Positions 9,331 through 20,010 of a stretch of DNA of 64,000 nt are shown here, piece by piece. This stretch comes from Candidatus Hydrogenedentota bacterium (lineage in GTDB: Bacteria > Hydrogenedentota > Hydrogenedentia > Hydrogenedentales > SLHB01). The notes under the pieces were generated by a model, which saw only the letters and a program-made list of their open reading frames with translations, had not been told where the DNA came from and did not search any database. Both the position numbers and the translations under genes were made by a program. The DNA lies in the NCBI GenBank assembly GCA_045863295.1, contig BTWA01000013.1, positions 1 through 64,000 of the forward strand, given 5' to 3'. Every line of letters begins with the position of its first letter. The first letter of the stretch is position 1.

Positions 9331-10357
9331 TGAGCAGGCCTCCGTATAGCGATGTCCAGAACAGAATTACGATATATCCGATTATTCCCGCTACGGCGAG
9401 CACAATCAACACCCCTAGAAATTTGGTGGCTATATCCACCGCGTGCAGCGCCTCGGCAAGGTGCAAGTCCGCCACTTTGCGCAACTGCGACTCAAGATTG
9501 CCAGATTGTTCGCCCACGGCCACCATTTCGCGCGCGGTCGGCGTCAAGAATCTGGTGCTGGAAAACGCTTCGACCAAGGTGAGACCCTTGCGCACTTCCG
9601 GAATCGCCTTGCGCAGGTCCTTCTCCATATACGGGTTCGCCGTAATAGACGCAGATGCGTCGATGCAGTAATCCACGCGCAATCCAGATCCAATTAACAG
9701 AGACATACTTCGAAAGAAGCGCGCAAGACCAAACTTAATTGTGACCCCGGACATGGGCCACACATGCGTGGCGGCCGCGCCCCAAACCCATCCGAAAAGT
9801 CCCATCCGGGACAAGATAACGAAGACCGCAAAGAGAACCGCAAAGACAACATGTGCCTTGGCCTGAAAGATGCCGTACTCGACAAAATAGGCTCCGATAT
9901 CAAAGCTCTGACCACTCTGCGCCTTGAACAGATCCATGATTTTTGGAATCAGCCGGATTGCAAACGTTCCCAGATACCAGGCGGCCATCAATTGAATCGC
10001 AGGATAGATTAGCGAACGGACAATGCTTCGCTGCATGGCCAGCCGGTCTTCATAATACTGGGCGAGGTCGCGCAACATGGCGTCCAACCGTCCGCCCACT
10101 TCGCCCGTGCTAAGCAGAGCGATGAAAAACTTGGGCAGGTATTTCTTCTCCGCCTGGGCCGCATCGCCCAAAGTCGCGCCACGCCGAATGGCATCGCCCA
10201 TGCGCTTCAACACGTCGCGCACCTGCTTGTCGGGCTGCGACTGGGAAAGGATGTCCAGCGTACGCAACACAGGGATTCCCGCATCGTACGACGTAGCCAT
10301 CTGCCGGCAAAGCGGCACCATCTTTTTTGTCGCTATTTCGGAGGTCAGCAAACCCAT
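9314..10357 (-). CDS. Type II secretion system F / type IV pilus platform protein (PilC-like)
   Basis: Two T2SSF repeats (AGIPVLRTL...GEVGGRLDAML; GEQSGNLESQL) with TM helices. Start taken at MGLLTSEI. Confidence 0.88.
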   Translation of the reverse strand: MGLLTSEIATKKMVPLCRQMATSYDAGIPVLRTLDILSQSQPDKQVRDVLKRMGDAIRRGATLGDAAQAEKKYLPKFFIALLSTGEVGGRLDAMLRDLAQYYEDRLAMQRSIVRSLIYPAIQLMAAWYLGTFAIRLIPKIMDLFKAQSGQSFDIGAYFVEYGIFQAKAHVVFAVLFAVFVILSRMGLFGWVWGAAATHVWPMSGVTIKFGLARFFRSMSLLIGSGLRVDYCIDASASITANPYMEKDLRKAIPEVRKGLTLVEAFSSTRFLTPTAREMVAVGEQSGNLESQLRKVADLHLAEALHAVDIATKFLGVLIVLAVAGIIGYIVILFWTSLYGGLLNELGV

Positions 10358-10543
10358 GAAACTACACTCCGCCCACGCCGCACTGACGCCCGTCGCAGCC
10401 TTCGGGGCAAGAAGTGCGGATGGTACCAGATTTTGGAAATACAGCGCTACTTCCAGGCGCCGCAAGACGTTGGACAATCAATGGCCACCGGCCCGCATTT
10501 GGGATTATCCGCCCATCTCTGCTACACTTAGCTCTCCTGTCGT

Positions 10544-10620
10544 CGGGGCGTAGCGCAGCCCGGTAGCGCACCTGCTTTGGGAGCAGGGGGTCCCGAGTTC
10601 AAATCTCGGCGCCCCGACCA
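10544..10620 (+). tRNA. tRNA-Pro(TGG)
   Basis: CGGGGCG acceptor stem pairing with CGCCCCG, D-arm TAGCGCAGCCCGGTAGCGC, anticodon arm CCTGC-TTTGGGA-GCAGG, T-loop GTTCAAATC, encoded CCA. Confidence 0.97.
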
Positions 10621-11231
10621 TTTTGAGACTCTGCAACCTATTTTGTTAGCGCGGTTTGCGATGATAGCCGTCCGGTAGGCTGCTTTGAAGGGACGTTTTT
10701 CTCGGCCCTTCGGCAATCGCGACGGCTAGCTCATCATCTGCGGGGACTTCCGCCACTGACGTGCGCGAATTCATTAGCACAGTTCATTGGCCCACATTCA
10801 GGGAAGGCCTCGAATCTAACCACGCTTCTGCTCGTTTTGTCCTCCATTTATTTATATTGTCCTTAAACCGGCGCGTGTGGATGTGTCAGGGGCCGGGTGT
10901 TGCTTGTCATCGTTCTGAATGCCGGCCAGCGTAACGGCCCGGATTGGAGCCAGAGGTAAAAATGGCCAAGGAGCGTCGAAGATTGGCGTTCTGCGATATT
11001 TGGCTGTTGTCGTGTTGAGAAGCGAAATCTTGCGATCGGCGAGTGCCGGGAGGAGTCGGCTATCCCTTTGCCGGAATAGCCATAACCGTTTTGCCGCGGA
11101 CTCTTCACGTTAACGTTGCTGTTGTCCGACTTCGGCTATACTGTGGTTTTCTAGGATGTGTCGCACAAAGGGGGTGCCGCGCTTCACATGGATGTTGCTT
11201 GAAGGGCTGAACAGACCATCATGAATCATAC

Positions 11232-12836
11232 GTGCACATGCATCCCCGTTTGGGCCTCAATCCTATGAGCACTGGACAAGTGGTGCCAACGGGCGAATCG
11301 ACGGATTCGTCTATTCGATCCAAGATGCGATCGGGTGTTTTGTTCTGGGGGCTGGGAAACGCGGTTTCCAGAGTTTTGCGTTTCGGAGCCCAGTTCGTGC
11401 TGGTCTGGTTGTTGTCCCCCGGGGATTTTGGCCTGGTGGCAATGACCACGGCGCTGATGAATGTCCTTCAGATGGTGTCGGAGTTTGGCGTGGGCGTCGC
11501 GGTCATTCAGAAGAAGGATATGAGCGACGCGTATGTGCACACGGCGTTCTGGATCAATTTTGCGGCGAGCCTGCTTATTCTTGGCGTTGCATGGATAAGT
11601 GCGCCGTGGATTGCGCGGTTCTATGGCGCGGATGAGATTTCGCTGTTGGTGCGCGTCACCAGCCTTGGGTTTCCGGTCACGGCACTGCGCACGATTCCGA
11701 TGTCGCTGCTTCGGAGGCGGATGCAGTTTGGCCTGAATTCGGCCCTGGAGACGACCTGGAATGGCTTGAGCGGCGCGATGATGATCGTGTTTGCGTTGTT
11801 GGGCGCGTCGTACTGGAGCCTGGTTGTACCCGCAATGATCGTGGGTCTCGTCATGACGCCGTTCTGGTTTGCCTATGCGAAGTGGAAACCCGCCCTTTCA
11901 TTTGACTGGGCCGAGTTTGGCGAGTTGTTTTCCTATTCCAAGAATCTTGTGGGCGCTTCGTTGTTGTCGCTCATTCTCAGCACTTCGGGATTTGTCATTG
12001 CGGGCCATCTCTTGGGCAAGGATGCCGCAGGCCATTACAACGTCGCAATGACGTATTCGATGGTAGTCTTGATCAATTTTGCCTGGCTCATCGGCAACGT
12101 GTCGCTCTCCGGGTTTTCCGCCAAACAGGGGGACGAACCCGCATTGCGGGCCGGCTTCATCCGCATATACGAGTTGCTCGCGGCAACGATGCTGCCCGTT
12201 CACCTGCTGGGCATCATCCTCGCCCCCATGTTATTCAGCGCGTTCATGCCCGAGAAATACATGGCCGCGCTGGTGCCGTTTCAGGTGTTGACCGCCTTCT
12301 CCGGTGTTCGAGCCTTGGCGGCACATCTTGCTCCTTTTTACAATTCGATCAGCAAGGCATACATCAACTTCTATTTCTTCCTGGTCTCCACACCCATCAG
12401 TATTGCCATCATGTATACCGCGTGCCGCTGGTACCTGGATGCGGAAGGCGTGCAGGCGGGGCTCAACGCCCTCGCATGGGCAACCGCGCTTACACAGGGC
12501 ATTTCCATCCTGGGGTTGTTTGTCGTACTGAAAGTGGTCATGGCCTGGCAGTCTATTCGTTTTCTCAGACTGGCCGCGCCTTACCTCGTGGCCTCCATTT
12601 TGGGAGGCCTTTCCTCGGCTGGATTCATGTATACGGTTGCGTCCGTGACCCTGGGACTGCCCCGGCGCCTGGAAGATGGCGCTGTCGTGTGCGTCGCGGC
12701 GGCACTGGGATTTCTGGTGTATTTTCTGGTTGTCTACACGATCGCCCGGCCGAAGCTTGCCCAAATCGTCCGCGACGCGATTCCAAACCGCATCCGCGAA
12801 CAGTATGTCTATTCGTGGTTGCCCTCATTGCGTTGA
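11232..12836 (+). CDS. wzx: Wzx-type polysaccharide flippase
   Basis: LLSPGDFGLVAM, EFGVGVAVIQKK, TAFWINF and many TM helices (PST family); first gene of a surface-polysaccharide cluster. Start may be 11265. Confidence 0.85.
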   Translation: MHMHPRLGLNPMSTGQVVPTGESTDSSIRSKMRSGVLFWGLGNAVSRVLRFGAQFVLVWLLSPGDFGLVAMTTALMNVLQMVSEFGVGVAVIQKKDMSDAYVHTAFWINFAASLLILGVAWISAPWIARFYGADEISLLVRVTSLGFPVTALRTIPMSLLRRRMQFGLNSALETTWNGLSGAMMIVFALLGASYWSLVVPAMIVGLVMTPFWFAYAKWKPALSFDWAEFGELFSYSKNLVGASLLSLILSTSGFVIAGHLLGKDAAGHYNVAMTYSMVVLINFAWLIGNVSLSGFSAKQGDEPALRAGFIRIYELLAATMLPVHLLGIILAPMLFSAFMPEKYMAALVPFQVLTAFSGVRALAAHLAPFYNSISKAYINFYFFLVSTPISIAIMYTACRWYLDAEGVQAGLNALAWATALTQGISILGLFVVLKVVMAWQSIRFLRLAAPYLVASILGGLSSAGFMYTVASVTLGLPRRLEDGAVVCVAAALGFLVYFLVVYTIARPKLAQIVRDAIPNRIREQYVYSWLPSLR

Positions 12837-12962
12837 GCCCGATTCCGGTGACCGGGTAAAAAACCCGGAATGGCCACGGATTTTTTGAAAACCCGGATGC
12901 CCTGCGGTACAGTATTCGATTGCGAATAAGGCTCCGGCAACAACTGTGGAACGCCAATAACG

Positions 12963-14021
12963 ATGACGAGTTACAACCCATTCTGTCTTTCTTCCTATCT
13001 GGCATTTAGGTATGTTGCAAAGCCCGAAGAAGGCTGGATTGACACCATCAAACCGGAATATCCACAGGTTCGGGCTTCGGAGCTGACCAAAGTCCGCAGT
13101 TCAACCGACATACTCGACTTTTTGAAAGCCAAGATTGCCAAGGAACCTCATGCGGAGACCGGCATCCTTTTGAGCGGGGGAATAGACTCGGCTGTTCTCG
13201 CTGCGCTGCTACCGGCCAATACCAAGGCGTATACGATTCGATTTCGGGCCGAAGGGGCCATCGATGAGTCCATTCGAGCAAAGGTATACGCGGAACACTG
13301 CCAGTGCGATCACAAGGTTGTGGATGTGACATGGCAAGATCACCTTGATTCCATGGACATATTAATGGAACGGAAAAATGCACCGTTGCATGCAATTGAA
13401 GTGGCGCTTTACAAAGCCGCGCGTCAAGCTGCCTCCGACGGCGTGAAAACACTGATTGTGGGCAATGGCGCGGATTCCACTTTTGGGGGCATGGATAAAC
13501 TACTTTCCAAAGACTGGTCGTTCGACGAATTTGTGAAACGCTATACGTTTATCCAGCCGGAGGCGGCATTGCGAGATCCGGTGCCCATAATCGATGTTTA
13601 TGAACCGTATCGCACGCCCGAAGGGATTAATTATATCGCCTTTCTCAAGCGCGTACATGGAATAGGCATCATTCAAACATTTGAAAATGCCATTCATGCG
13701 GCCGGTTGCCGCGTAATCGCGCCTTACGAAGGAATGGCACTTGACGAGCCTCTCGACCTTTCACGCATTCGTCGTGGAGAACCGAAATACCTGCTACAAG
13801 CAGTTTTCAGCAAGCTGTATCCCGTATTGGAGTCCGTAGAGAAGATTCCATTTGCGCGGCCAATGACGCAATGGCTTGCCGATTGGAAAGGGCCAACGCG
13901 TCCAGAGTTTTTAGACACGATGTCGATGAACGATTTCACCGGCGATCAACGGTGGCTGTTGTTCTGTCTGGAACAATTCCTCAATCAGTTGGACCGCCGG
14001 ACCGGAGGTAAGGCACGGTGA
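12963..14021 (+). CDS. Asparagine-synthetase-like ATP pyrophosphatase (synthetase domain only)
   Basis: PP-loop LLSGGIDS, GNGADSTFGG, KYLLQ..., KIPFARPMTQW; no N-terminal Cys glutaminase domain. Confidence 0.75.
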   Translation: MTSYNPFCLSSYLAFRYVAKPEEGWIDTIKPEYPQVRASELTKVRSSTDILDFLKAKIAKEPHAETGILLSGGIDSAVLAALLPANTKAYTIRFRAEGAIDESIRAKVYAEHCQCDHKVVDVTWQDHLDSMDILMERKNAPLHAIEVALYKAARQAASDGVKTLIVGNGADSTFGGMDKLLSKDWSFDEFVKRYTFIQPEAALRDPVPIIDVYEPYRTPEGINYIAFLKRVHGIGIIQTFENAIHAAGCRVIAPYEGMALDEPLDLSRIRRGEPKYLLQAVFSKLYPVLESVEKIPFARPMTQWLADWKGPTRPEFLDTMSMNDFTGDQRWLLFCLEQFLNQLDRRTGGKAR

Positions 14022-15271
14022 CCACCGCATTTACCCGTTGCGATGGATATGAGCCGGATCGGGTGCGGCAAGCGTTTGCCAGCCTCTTTGACTTGCTGGG
14101 ATTCGACCGCGAGAATCCGCTCGGGCATCTCGTCAAGCCGGGCGACAAGGTATTCATCAAACCGAATTGGGTTGCCCATCAGTACCGTGCGTCCTGCAAG
14201 TGCCAGGATTCAGTCTGGTCCACGATTACACATCCAGAAATCATTCGCGCCATGGCGGAGTATGTGGCAAAGGCACTTCAGGGACATGGCAATATCCGGA
14301 TTGGGGACAATCCGTCCATTGATGCGGATTTTGAGAAGCTGCAAGAGTTGGTGCAACTCGAGGATTTGAAGTCGTCGCTGGGTGTTCCTGTTCAAATTCT
14401 GGATCTGAGGCCGTTGCGGTGCGCGGATTTGAAGGACTATGGCAATAAACATGCGATGACCGTTCAATCCGGCGATCCCGACGGTAGCACGACGATCAAC
14501 TTGGGCCGTAAGTCCATGCTGTACGGCGTAAATCCGCTCTTGTTCCGGGGCGTTTTCAATCAACGTATGGAAACCATTCTGCATCATCTCGGATCGCGTC
14601 AAGAGTATAATTTTTCCAATTCGATTGTGAACGCGGATGTCTATATATCCTTGCCAAAGCTCAAAACACATCACAAAGTTGGAACGACGCTGAATCTAAA
14701 AGGCATGGTCGGTATGTGTGGCAACAAGAATTATCTTGTGCATTGGCGCCAGGGATTTCCCGGCATAGGCGGAGATGAATACCCGAATTTCCGGCGGTGG
14801 CTTCGCAGCAAGACAGAGAAAGTGTTGAATCGCGGAGCATGGAATGGAAACGATACAATCTGGCGGATGGTGGCCGATTTGTACAATGGTTTTAATTCTA
14901 TCCGCGAACGAAAGACATTTTCCGTTGTCGATGGAATTGTGGGTGGAGAAAAAGAAGGGCCATTCTGTCCCCGATCCAAAGTGTCAAACACGTTGGTGGC
15001 AGGCGAGGATCTGTTGATCACGGATCTGGTGGCGTCCAGACTCATGGGATTTCAGGTTGAGAAGATGCCCTACTTGAATCATTTTATTGAGACGCTCCAA
15101 ATCGATTTGAATCAGATCGCCGTCCGATCCGATTCATTCGACACAGTGGATTTTTGGAATCCGCGTTTGCGGCACCTCGGGTATGAACCGCCGAAAGAAT
15201 GGTCCAATCTGATTGAAACGGAGCAGGAATTGCTGGAAAACCGGCCGCATGTGGGGATCGGGGCGAACTAG
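14018..15271 (+). CDS. DUF362 domain protein
   Basis: VFIKPNWV, THPEIIRA, ISLPKLKTH, TLNLKGMVG, VDGIVGGEKEGP, DLVASRLMGF; start overlaps the upstream stop (GTGA). Confidence 0.8.
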   Translation: MTTAFTRCDGYEPDRVRQAFASLFDLLGFDRENPLGHLVKPGDKVFIKPNWVAHQYRASCKCQDSVWSTITHPEIIRAMAEYVAKALQGHGNIRIGDNPSIDADFEKLQELVQLEDLKSSLGVPVQILDLRPLRCADLKDYGNKHAMTVQSGDPDGSTTINLGRKSMLYGVNPLLFRGVFNQRMETILHHLGSRQEYNFSNSIVNADVYISLPKLKTHHKVGTTLNLKGMVGMCGNKNYLVHWRQGFPGIGGDEYPNFRRWLRSKTEKVLNRGAWNGNDTIWRMVADLYNGFNSIRERKTFSVVDGIVGGEKEGPFCPRSKVSNTLVAGEDLLITDLVASRLMGFQVEKMPYLNHFIETLQIDLNQIAVRSDSFDTVDFWNPRLRHLGYEPPKEWSNLIETEQELLENRPHVGIGAN

Positions 15272-15280
15272 GGGAATGGG

Positions 15281-15727
15281 ATGGGCAACGTGGTAATTGG
15301 CTACACGACGGGCGTATACGACTTGTTTCACATCGGTCACCTCAACATTCTAAAGAATGCCAAGGCTATGTGCGACAAACTGATTGTAGGCGTTACAACC
15401 GACGAATTGATGTGGGAATACAAGAAGCGGAAGCCGGTAATTCCGTTTTTCGAGCGCAGCGAGATTGTAAGAAATATTCGCTATGTGGACGCGGTCGTGC
15501 CTCAAACAACCATGGACAAGTTTGGCGCCTGGGAAAAACTAAAATTCGACGTCATGATCGTGGGAGACGATTGGCATCAAACTGCGAAGTGGCAAGATAT
15601 CGAGGCTAAATTCAATGAAGTCGGCGTGCGGATCATCTATTTCCCATATACACAAGGGACGTCCTCCACGATGATCAACCAGATTCTGGTTCAAATGCGC
15701 GAAGCACCCGCAGACGCGAATCAATAG
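15281..15727 (+). CDS. tagD: Glycerol-3-phosphate cytidylyltransferase
   Basis: GYTTGVYDLFHIGHLNIL (HxGH), VGVTTDE, RYVDAVVPQ, VGDDW, YTQGTSST. Confidence 0.9.
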   Translation: MGNVVIGYTTGVYDLFHIGHLNILKNAKAMCDKLIVGVTTDELMWEYKKRKPVIPFFERSEIVRNIRYVDAVVPQTTMDKFGAWEKLKFDVMIVGDDWHQTAKWQDIEAKFNEVGVRIIYFPYTQGTSSTMINQILVQMREAPADANQ

Positions 15728-15757
15728 GGCCGCGATGGTCTATCCGATTGCCACCGT

Positions 15758-16993
15758 ATGAGCAGTCAACTTTCGTTCTGGAAGAGGTTGCGCCGGATTG
15801 CCGGGTCTGCCATTCGCGCTGTCAACCGGCGTAGCGAGATCCGCGCGGCGCACGCGCGAAAGCGAAAGGCCGAGCAAAAATACCCGACAGTCCCGAGTGC
15901 CGTACACCCCATTGTTCTTGATGTGTATGTCTCCCAAAACTTGATGCACCTGGCGCCGCTGTATCGCGCGTTGAAGCGGAGGGCTGTCGTTCCTGTATAC
16001 GTTGCGCTGCGGGACGCGACAGATGCGACGCGCGAGGCCGCTGTTCGGCGAGGCATACACGAAGCCGACATCTTGATGGGAGATGCGCTCTTCAGGGCAA
16101 GGCCATCGGTCACCGTGGCATGCGATCAGGCATGGGAGTGGATTCATCCGCCTGTCGCCGGCGTGCCTCGCATTCAGACTTTCCACGGATGCTTGTTGAA
16201 AAGCTACTCGGATGCGATGCGCGATTTGGCAAAGTTTGATCACTTCTTTTTTCCAGGCCCACTGTACAAGGCCACCTTCGAGGCCCATGTAATGCCGCAT
16301 GTTAATCGTTCGGTGTCGCTGCACGACACCGGCATGCCGCGAACCGACGACATTCTCGATCTGCGTTCGCGCCGGGAACGGGCATACCGGGCCCTCGGGT
16401 TGGACCCGGCCGTGAAGACCGTTCTGTATGCGCCCACCTGGCATCTGGAGGCCACATTTGTGAGTCATGGACTTGAAATTGTTCAGGCCGTGTCGAAAAT
16501 GGGCCATCAGTGCATCGTTCGACCGCACCCGTATGCGTTGGATCCCAGTATCGGAGTTGCCAGAAGGCGCGCTGGTAACGTGTTGAAAGCGTGCGGTGAA
16601 TTGCCAGGGGCGGTGTTGGGGCACGATAAGGACGATCGAGACGTTATGGCAGCGTCCGATGTAATGATCGCGGATTTTGGAAGCATTGCATATGAGTACC
16701 TGATCCTGGATCGGCCCGTGGTATTTTTCGATTCGCCCGCATACCACGCTCTGCTTCGTGATGACGATTTGGAGTCGTGGGGCCGAGTCGCTGGTCCGAT
16801 CGTACGGGAGGCGGCTGGACTTCAAAAAGCAATTACAGCGGCAGTGGAAAGTCCAGAAGAGTATTCAGATCGCCGGGGTGAAGTGCTGTCGAAGATATAC
16901 TTCAATCTGGGCCGGGCTTCGGAGGCGTGCAGCGAAGCCATCGAACGCATCGCGCTTGGACATTCAGCCGGAAGCAGTGCCGGCCAGGCTTGA
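15758..16993 (+). CDS. CDP-glycerol glycerophosphotransferase (TagB/TagF-like)
   Basis: IQTFHG..LK, TGMPRTD, VLYAPTW, RPHP, SDVMIADFGSIAYEYLILDRPVVF. Confidence 0.85.
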   Translation: MSSQLSFWKRLRRIAGSAIRAVNRRSEIRAAHARKRKAEQKYPTVPSAVHPIVLDVYVSQNLMHLAPLYRALKRRAVVPVYVALRDATDATREAAVRRGIHEADILMGDALFRARPSVTVACDQAWEWIHPPVAGVPRIQTFHGCLLKSYSDAMRDLAKFDHFFFPGPLYKATFEAHVMPHVNRSVSLHDTGMPRTDDILDLRSRRERAYRALGLDPAVKTVLYAPTWHLEATFVSHGLEIVQAVSKMGHQCIVRPHPYALDPSIGVARRRAGNVLKACGELPGAVLGHDKDDRDVMAASDVMIADFGSIAYEYLILDRPVVFFDSPAYHALLRDDDLESWGRVAGPIVREAAGLQKAITAAVESPEEYSDRRGEVLSKIYFNLGRASEACSEAIERIALGHSAGSSAGQA

Positions 16994-18403
16994 TTCCCTT
17001 GATTTGGTTGTCGCTCCCATAAATGCGCCGAAAGCAAACCAAACGACGGACATGGCGAGGTAGTCCTGAAAAACGGAATCCACGAGGGCGATGGTAATGA
17101 AAGCGAGACCAATGCTGGAAAGCGCCGGGCCCGCGTAGCGCGAAAACTCCGAAGTTCGTCGCTTGTACCATGCAGTGAATACGAGTGCAACCCACAGTAG
17201 TGTGAACAGCAGACCGCCAAACAGGCCAGCCTCGAACCAGAATTTCCGGAAATCGCAATGGCTTCCGAGCGACTCCGTGCTGTGGCGAATCGGAGACTCG
17301 CTCACAAAGTCGTAAACGCTGCCAAGGCCGTATCCTTGCCACGGGTGCACCGCGATGGCCTTGTCGACGGCTTCCCAAATCTCCCTGCGGTCTTGAAGGG
17401 AATTCCACTCCAGCGCGCGGGATGGATCAGTGAACGCGCTCAGCCGCGCCTGAAAAATGCCCGTCGAAAAGCCCAGGACCAGTCCGATGGAGCACAGGAC
17501 CAATAATTGCCGGTATTTTCCAGCGCCGATGCATCCCACGACGATCATCACTGCCAGGGCAACAAAGAGGGAGCGGACGCCCGTAACGACCACGGCGGAA
17601 ATGGCCGCCATGGCCAGCAGATACAGAACGCGCCGAAGCCGGTTGTCTTTCTCCGCCCATGCATACGCCATGAGAAACGCGGCGCAGACCAGCATCATAT
17701 TGCCGTAGGTGTGAGGATAATCCTGAAATCCGTCCAGGCGGTACTCAAGTTCACCCTCGAACATAAGGCGCACGTATTCGACCGGCGACAGTTCCCGCAG
17801 CATCAGGAGCATTTGCAGTGCTCCCATGCCGAGCAGCAATACCGTGAGGCTGACAATCAATCGGCGTAACGTGTTGGGAAAATCGGAGCGGTTATATGCG
17901 AGCGTATAGGCCGCCATGAAATAGATAAGATAACCCGAAAAGCGTATCCATTGGCGAATGCCCAGCGTTGGATCAGAAGACAACCGGATTGAAACCAGAC
18001 ACACCAGAAGAAACAGCGCGAAAATCCAGAAGATGAATTGCGTTACGGGCAGCGGCCGATGATATACAAGAACAACCGAGAGGATGAGCAGCACGGCCAT
18101 ATTGACCATGCCGTCGATGCCAATTTGTTGGCCCGCAATCGAGAATTCTGGGACAATCGCCAGCACGGGCCGGAGCAGCAGCACCCCCAGCAACACCTTG
18201 TCATAATGCCGGCATCCCAACGCGACAAACGGCACGGCGATCAGCGCCAGAATAGCCAGGATACCCCCGCCTGCGGTGTCCGCGGCCATCACCGCGGCAA
18301 CGCACGCCAATGCCAATAGGGAGTACACAAATCGGGGATTGCCCATAATCGAGCCGGAGGCGAACGGCCCGCTTGAAGTGAGAGGTTCGCGATTGCGAAT
18401 CAT
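16964..18403 (-). CDS. O-antigen ligase / Wzy polymerase family membrane protein
   Basis: Multiple TM helices; RLDG..YPH, TGVRS, SLQDRREIW..., PWQGYGLG, SHCDF...FEAGLFG (Wzy_C pattern). The 3' end overlaps the convergent tagF-like gene by 30 nt. Confidence 0.85.
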   Translation of the reverse strand: MIRNREPLTSSGPFASGSIMGNPRFVYSLLALACVAAVMAADTAGGGILAILALIAVPFVALGCRHYDKVLLGVLLLRPVLAIVPEFSIAGQQIGIDGMVNMAVLLILSVVLVYHRPLPVTQFIFWIFALFLLVCLVSIRLSSDPTLGIRQWIRFSGYLIYFMAAYTLAYNRSDFPNTLRRLIVSLTVLLLGMGALQMLLMLRELSPVEYVRLMFEGELEYRLDGFQDYPHTYGNMMLVCAAFLMAYAWAEKDNRLRRVLYLLAMAAISAVVVTGVRSLFVALAVMIVVGCIGAGKYRQLLVLCSIGLVLGFSTGIFQARLSAFTDPSRALEWNSLQDRREIWEAVDKAIAVHPWQGYGLGSVYDFVSESPIRHSTESLGSHCDFRKFWFEAGLFGGLLFTLLWVALVFTAWYKRRTSEFSRYAGPALSSIGLAFITIALVDSVFQDYLAMSVVWFAFGAFMGATTKSRESSLAGTASG

Positions 18404-18434
18404 TCAGGCCTCGCTTCGCCCGATAGGGTGGGAA

Positions 18435-19817
18435 TCATCCCTCGTGCTGCGTTTCGGGCTCATTGGACTTCTTGAACCGGTCCCATTCGTACAGGGCGTT
18501 AGCAGCGGCAATGCCGGCGATCAGGGCCAGCAACGCGCCCATCGGCAATGCGCCCCAACGCACCAGGAAGTTGTCGGGCTCCGTGGGAAGCACCGCGGGC
18601 GCGGCCAACGTGATAACGCTCGCACGCTCCATTTCGGTATTGGCTTCGAGCGCCGCCACGCTTTCGCGCAATGCGGCCAAGCTCGTGAAATACGTTTCGC
18701 TCGCCGTGATTTCCCGAAGCATTTGTTTCTGCTTCAAATCATTGGCTACGAATTGACCATTGAGGTCCGTTATTTCGTCCTCAATGGCCGCGATGGACGC
18801 CTCCAATTGGGCCACCTGGGATTCCTGTCCCTTGACCCGCCCGGAGACTTCGGCCTCGGATGAACTTATCTGCACCCACGCGGAGTTAACGGCCTCGTCA
18901 AGGTAACGGATCGGATTTCCAGAACTCGCCTTTTTTATGGCGTCTGCTATCGATTGTGCGTCGACAGAAGGAATCCGGTGCAATTCAATGGTCTTCGATT
19001 CCTGGGTCAACTGCTCCTGCAACGCCAAGGCTTCCGCACGCGACGATTCGAGTTCCACACGTGCCAGATCCAAGTTGTTCTTCAACACGCCCAATTGGCG
19101 TTCGCGCTCTTCCTTCAATAGTTTCAACCGTGGCACGTTGAACGCCGTCTGTTCCTTCAACAATTCGCTTTCACGCCCTGCCAATTCCGTTTTCGCCTTC
19201 TCATACTCTCCCCGTATGTACTCGATCGTGGCAGTCGTGCCCGGCAGAGTTATTCCGCGCACTGTCTCGGCGGCGGTTTCCATCCATGCGTCCAGCAACC
19301 CTTTAGCCATTTCGGGCTTGGGTGCGCGCACCGAAAACTTGATGACTTTCGAATAGATCACCGTCTGGGGCGTCTTCTGCGATATCTCCGTGCTCATGAC
19401 GCACCAATCGCGAACCGACTGAGCCACCAGTTTGCCGTCGGCTTCCATGTCCTTCCAGAGTTCAGGGTCATTGGCCGCCGCGATTTTCAGCGCCTCATCA
19501 AGCACCGCGTCTTCACGGAGAATGCGCGCATAGGACGGCACGTCGAGCGGTTCGGGGATCAGCTTGCTCGCCGGACCCTCTTCCTGATAGGCCGGCGGAT
19601 TCAACACCACGGCGGCGGTAGCCGAATAGGTGTATCCGTGGCGGATCGAATTTTGCAGAAAGAACGCAAAAACCAGAACCGCCGTGACAATCGCGGTCTT
19701 CCTGTACTGGAACACCTGCTTCACCACGGAATTCAGAATGCGCAATAGGTATTGAGAACCTTTGGCTCGCACTTGCTCCACACGGTCGTCAGAGACATTA
19801 TTCAGGTTGTCGGACAT
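18435..19817 (-). CDS. Polysaccharide co-polymerase / chain-length determinant (Wzz/GumC-like)
   Basis: N-terminal TM followed by YSATA, long periplasmic coiled coil, Pro-rich APAVLPTEP before a C-terminal TM; no kinase domain. Confidence 0.8.
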   Translation of the reverse strand: MSDNLNNVSDDRVEQVRAKGSQYLLRILNSVVKQVFQYRKTAIVTAVLVFAFFLQNSIRHGYTYSATAAVVLNPPAYQEEGPASKLIPEPLDVPSYARILREDAVLDEALKIAAANDPELWKDMEADGKLVAQSVRDWCVMSTEISQKTPQTVIYSKVIKFSVRAPKPEMAKGLLDAWMETAAETVRGITLPGTTATIEYIRGEYEKAKTELAGRESELLKEQTAFNVPRLKLLKEERERQLGVLKNNLDLARVELESSRAEALALQEQLTQESKTIELHRIPSVDAQSIADAIKKASSGNPIRYLDEAVNSAWVQISSSEAEVSGRVKGQESQVAQLEASIAAIEDEITDLNGQFVANDLKQKQMLREITASETYFTSLAALRESVAALEANTEMERASVITLAAPAVLPTEPDNFLVRWGALPMGALLALIAGIAAANALYEWDRFKKSNEPETQHEG

Positions 19818-20010
19818 ACCTCAAGACTCCCGGCCAGCAAGTGTGCGCAGTGAGCACACAATACTACTTTCCTAATACCAGCCCCGCGTAACGGCACGAC
19901 GCATACGTGCCTGCGAAGGTGAGACTCCGCAAAGGAATTGTAAAGTCGCGGCGAACGGGATGTCAAAACCCGTCAATCGTCAGAAACGCAACGGGCGTGC
20001 CGGGAAGCGC

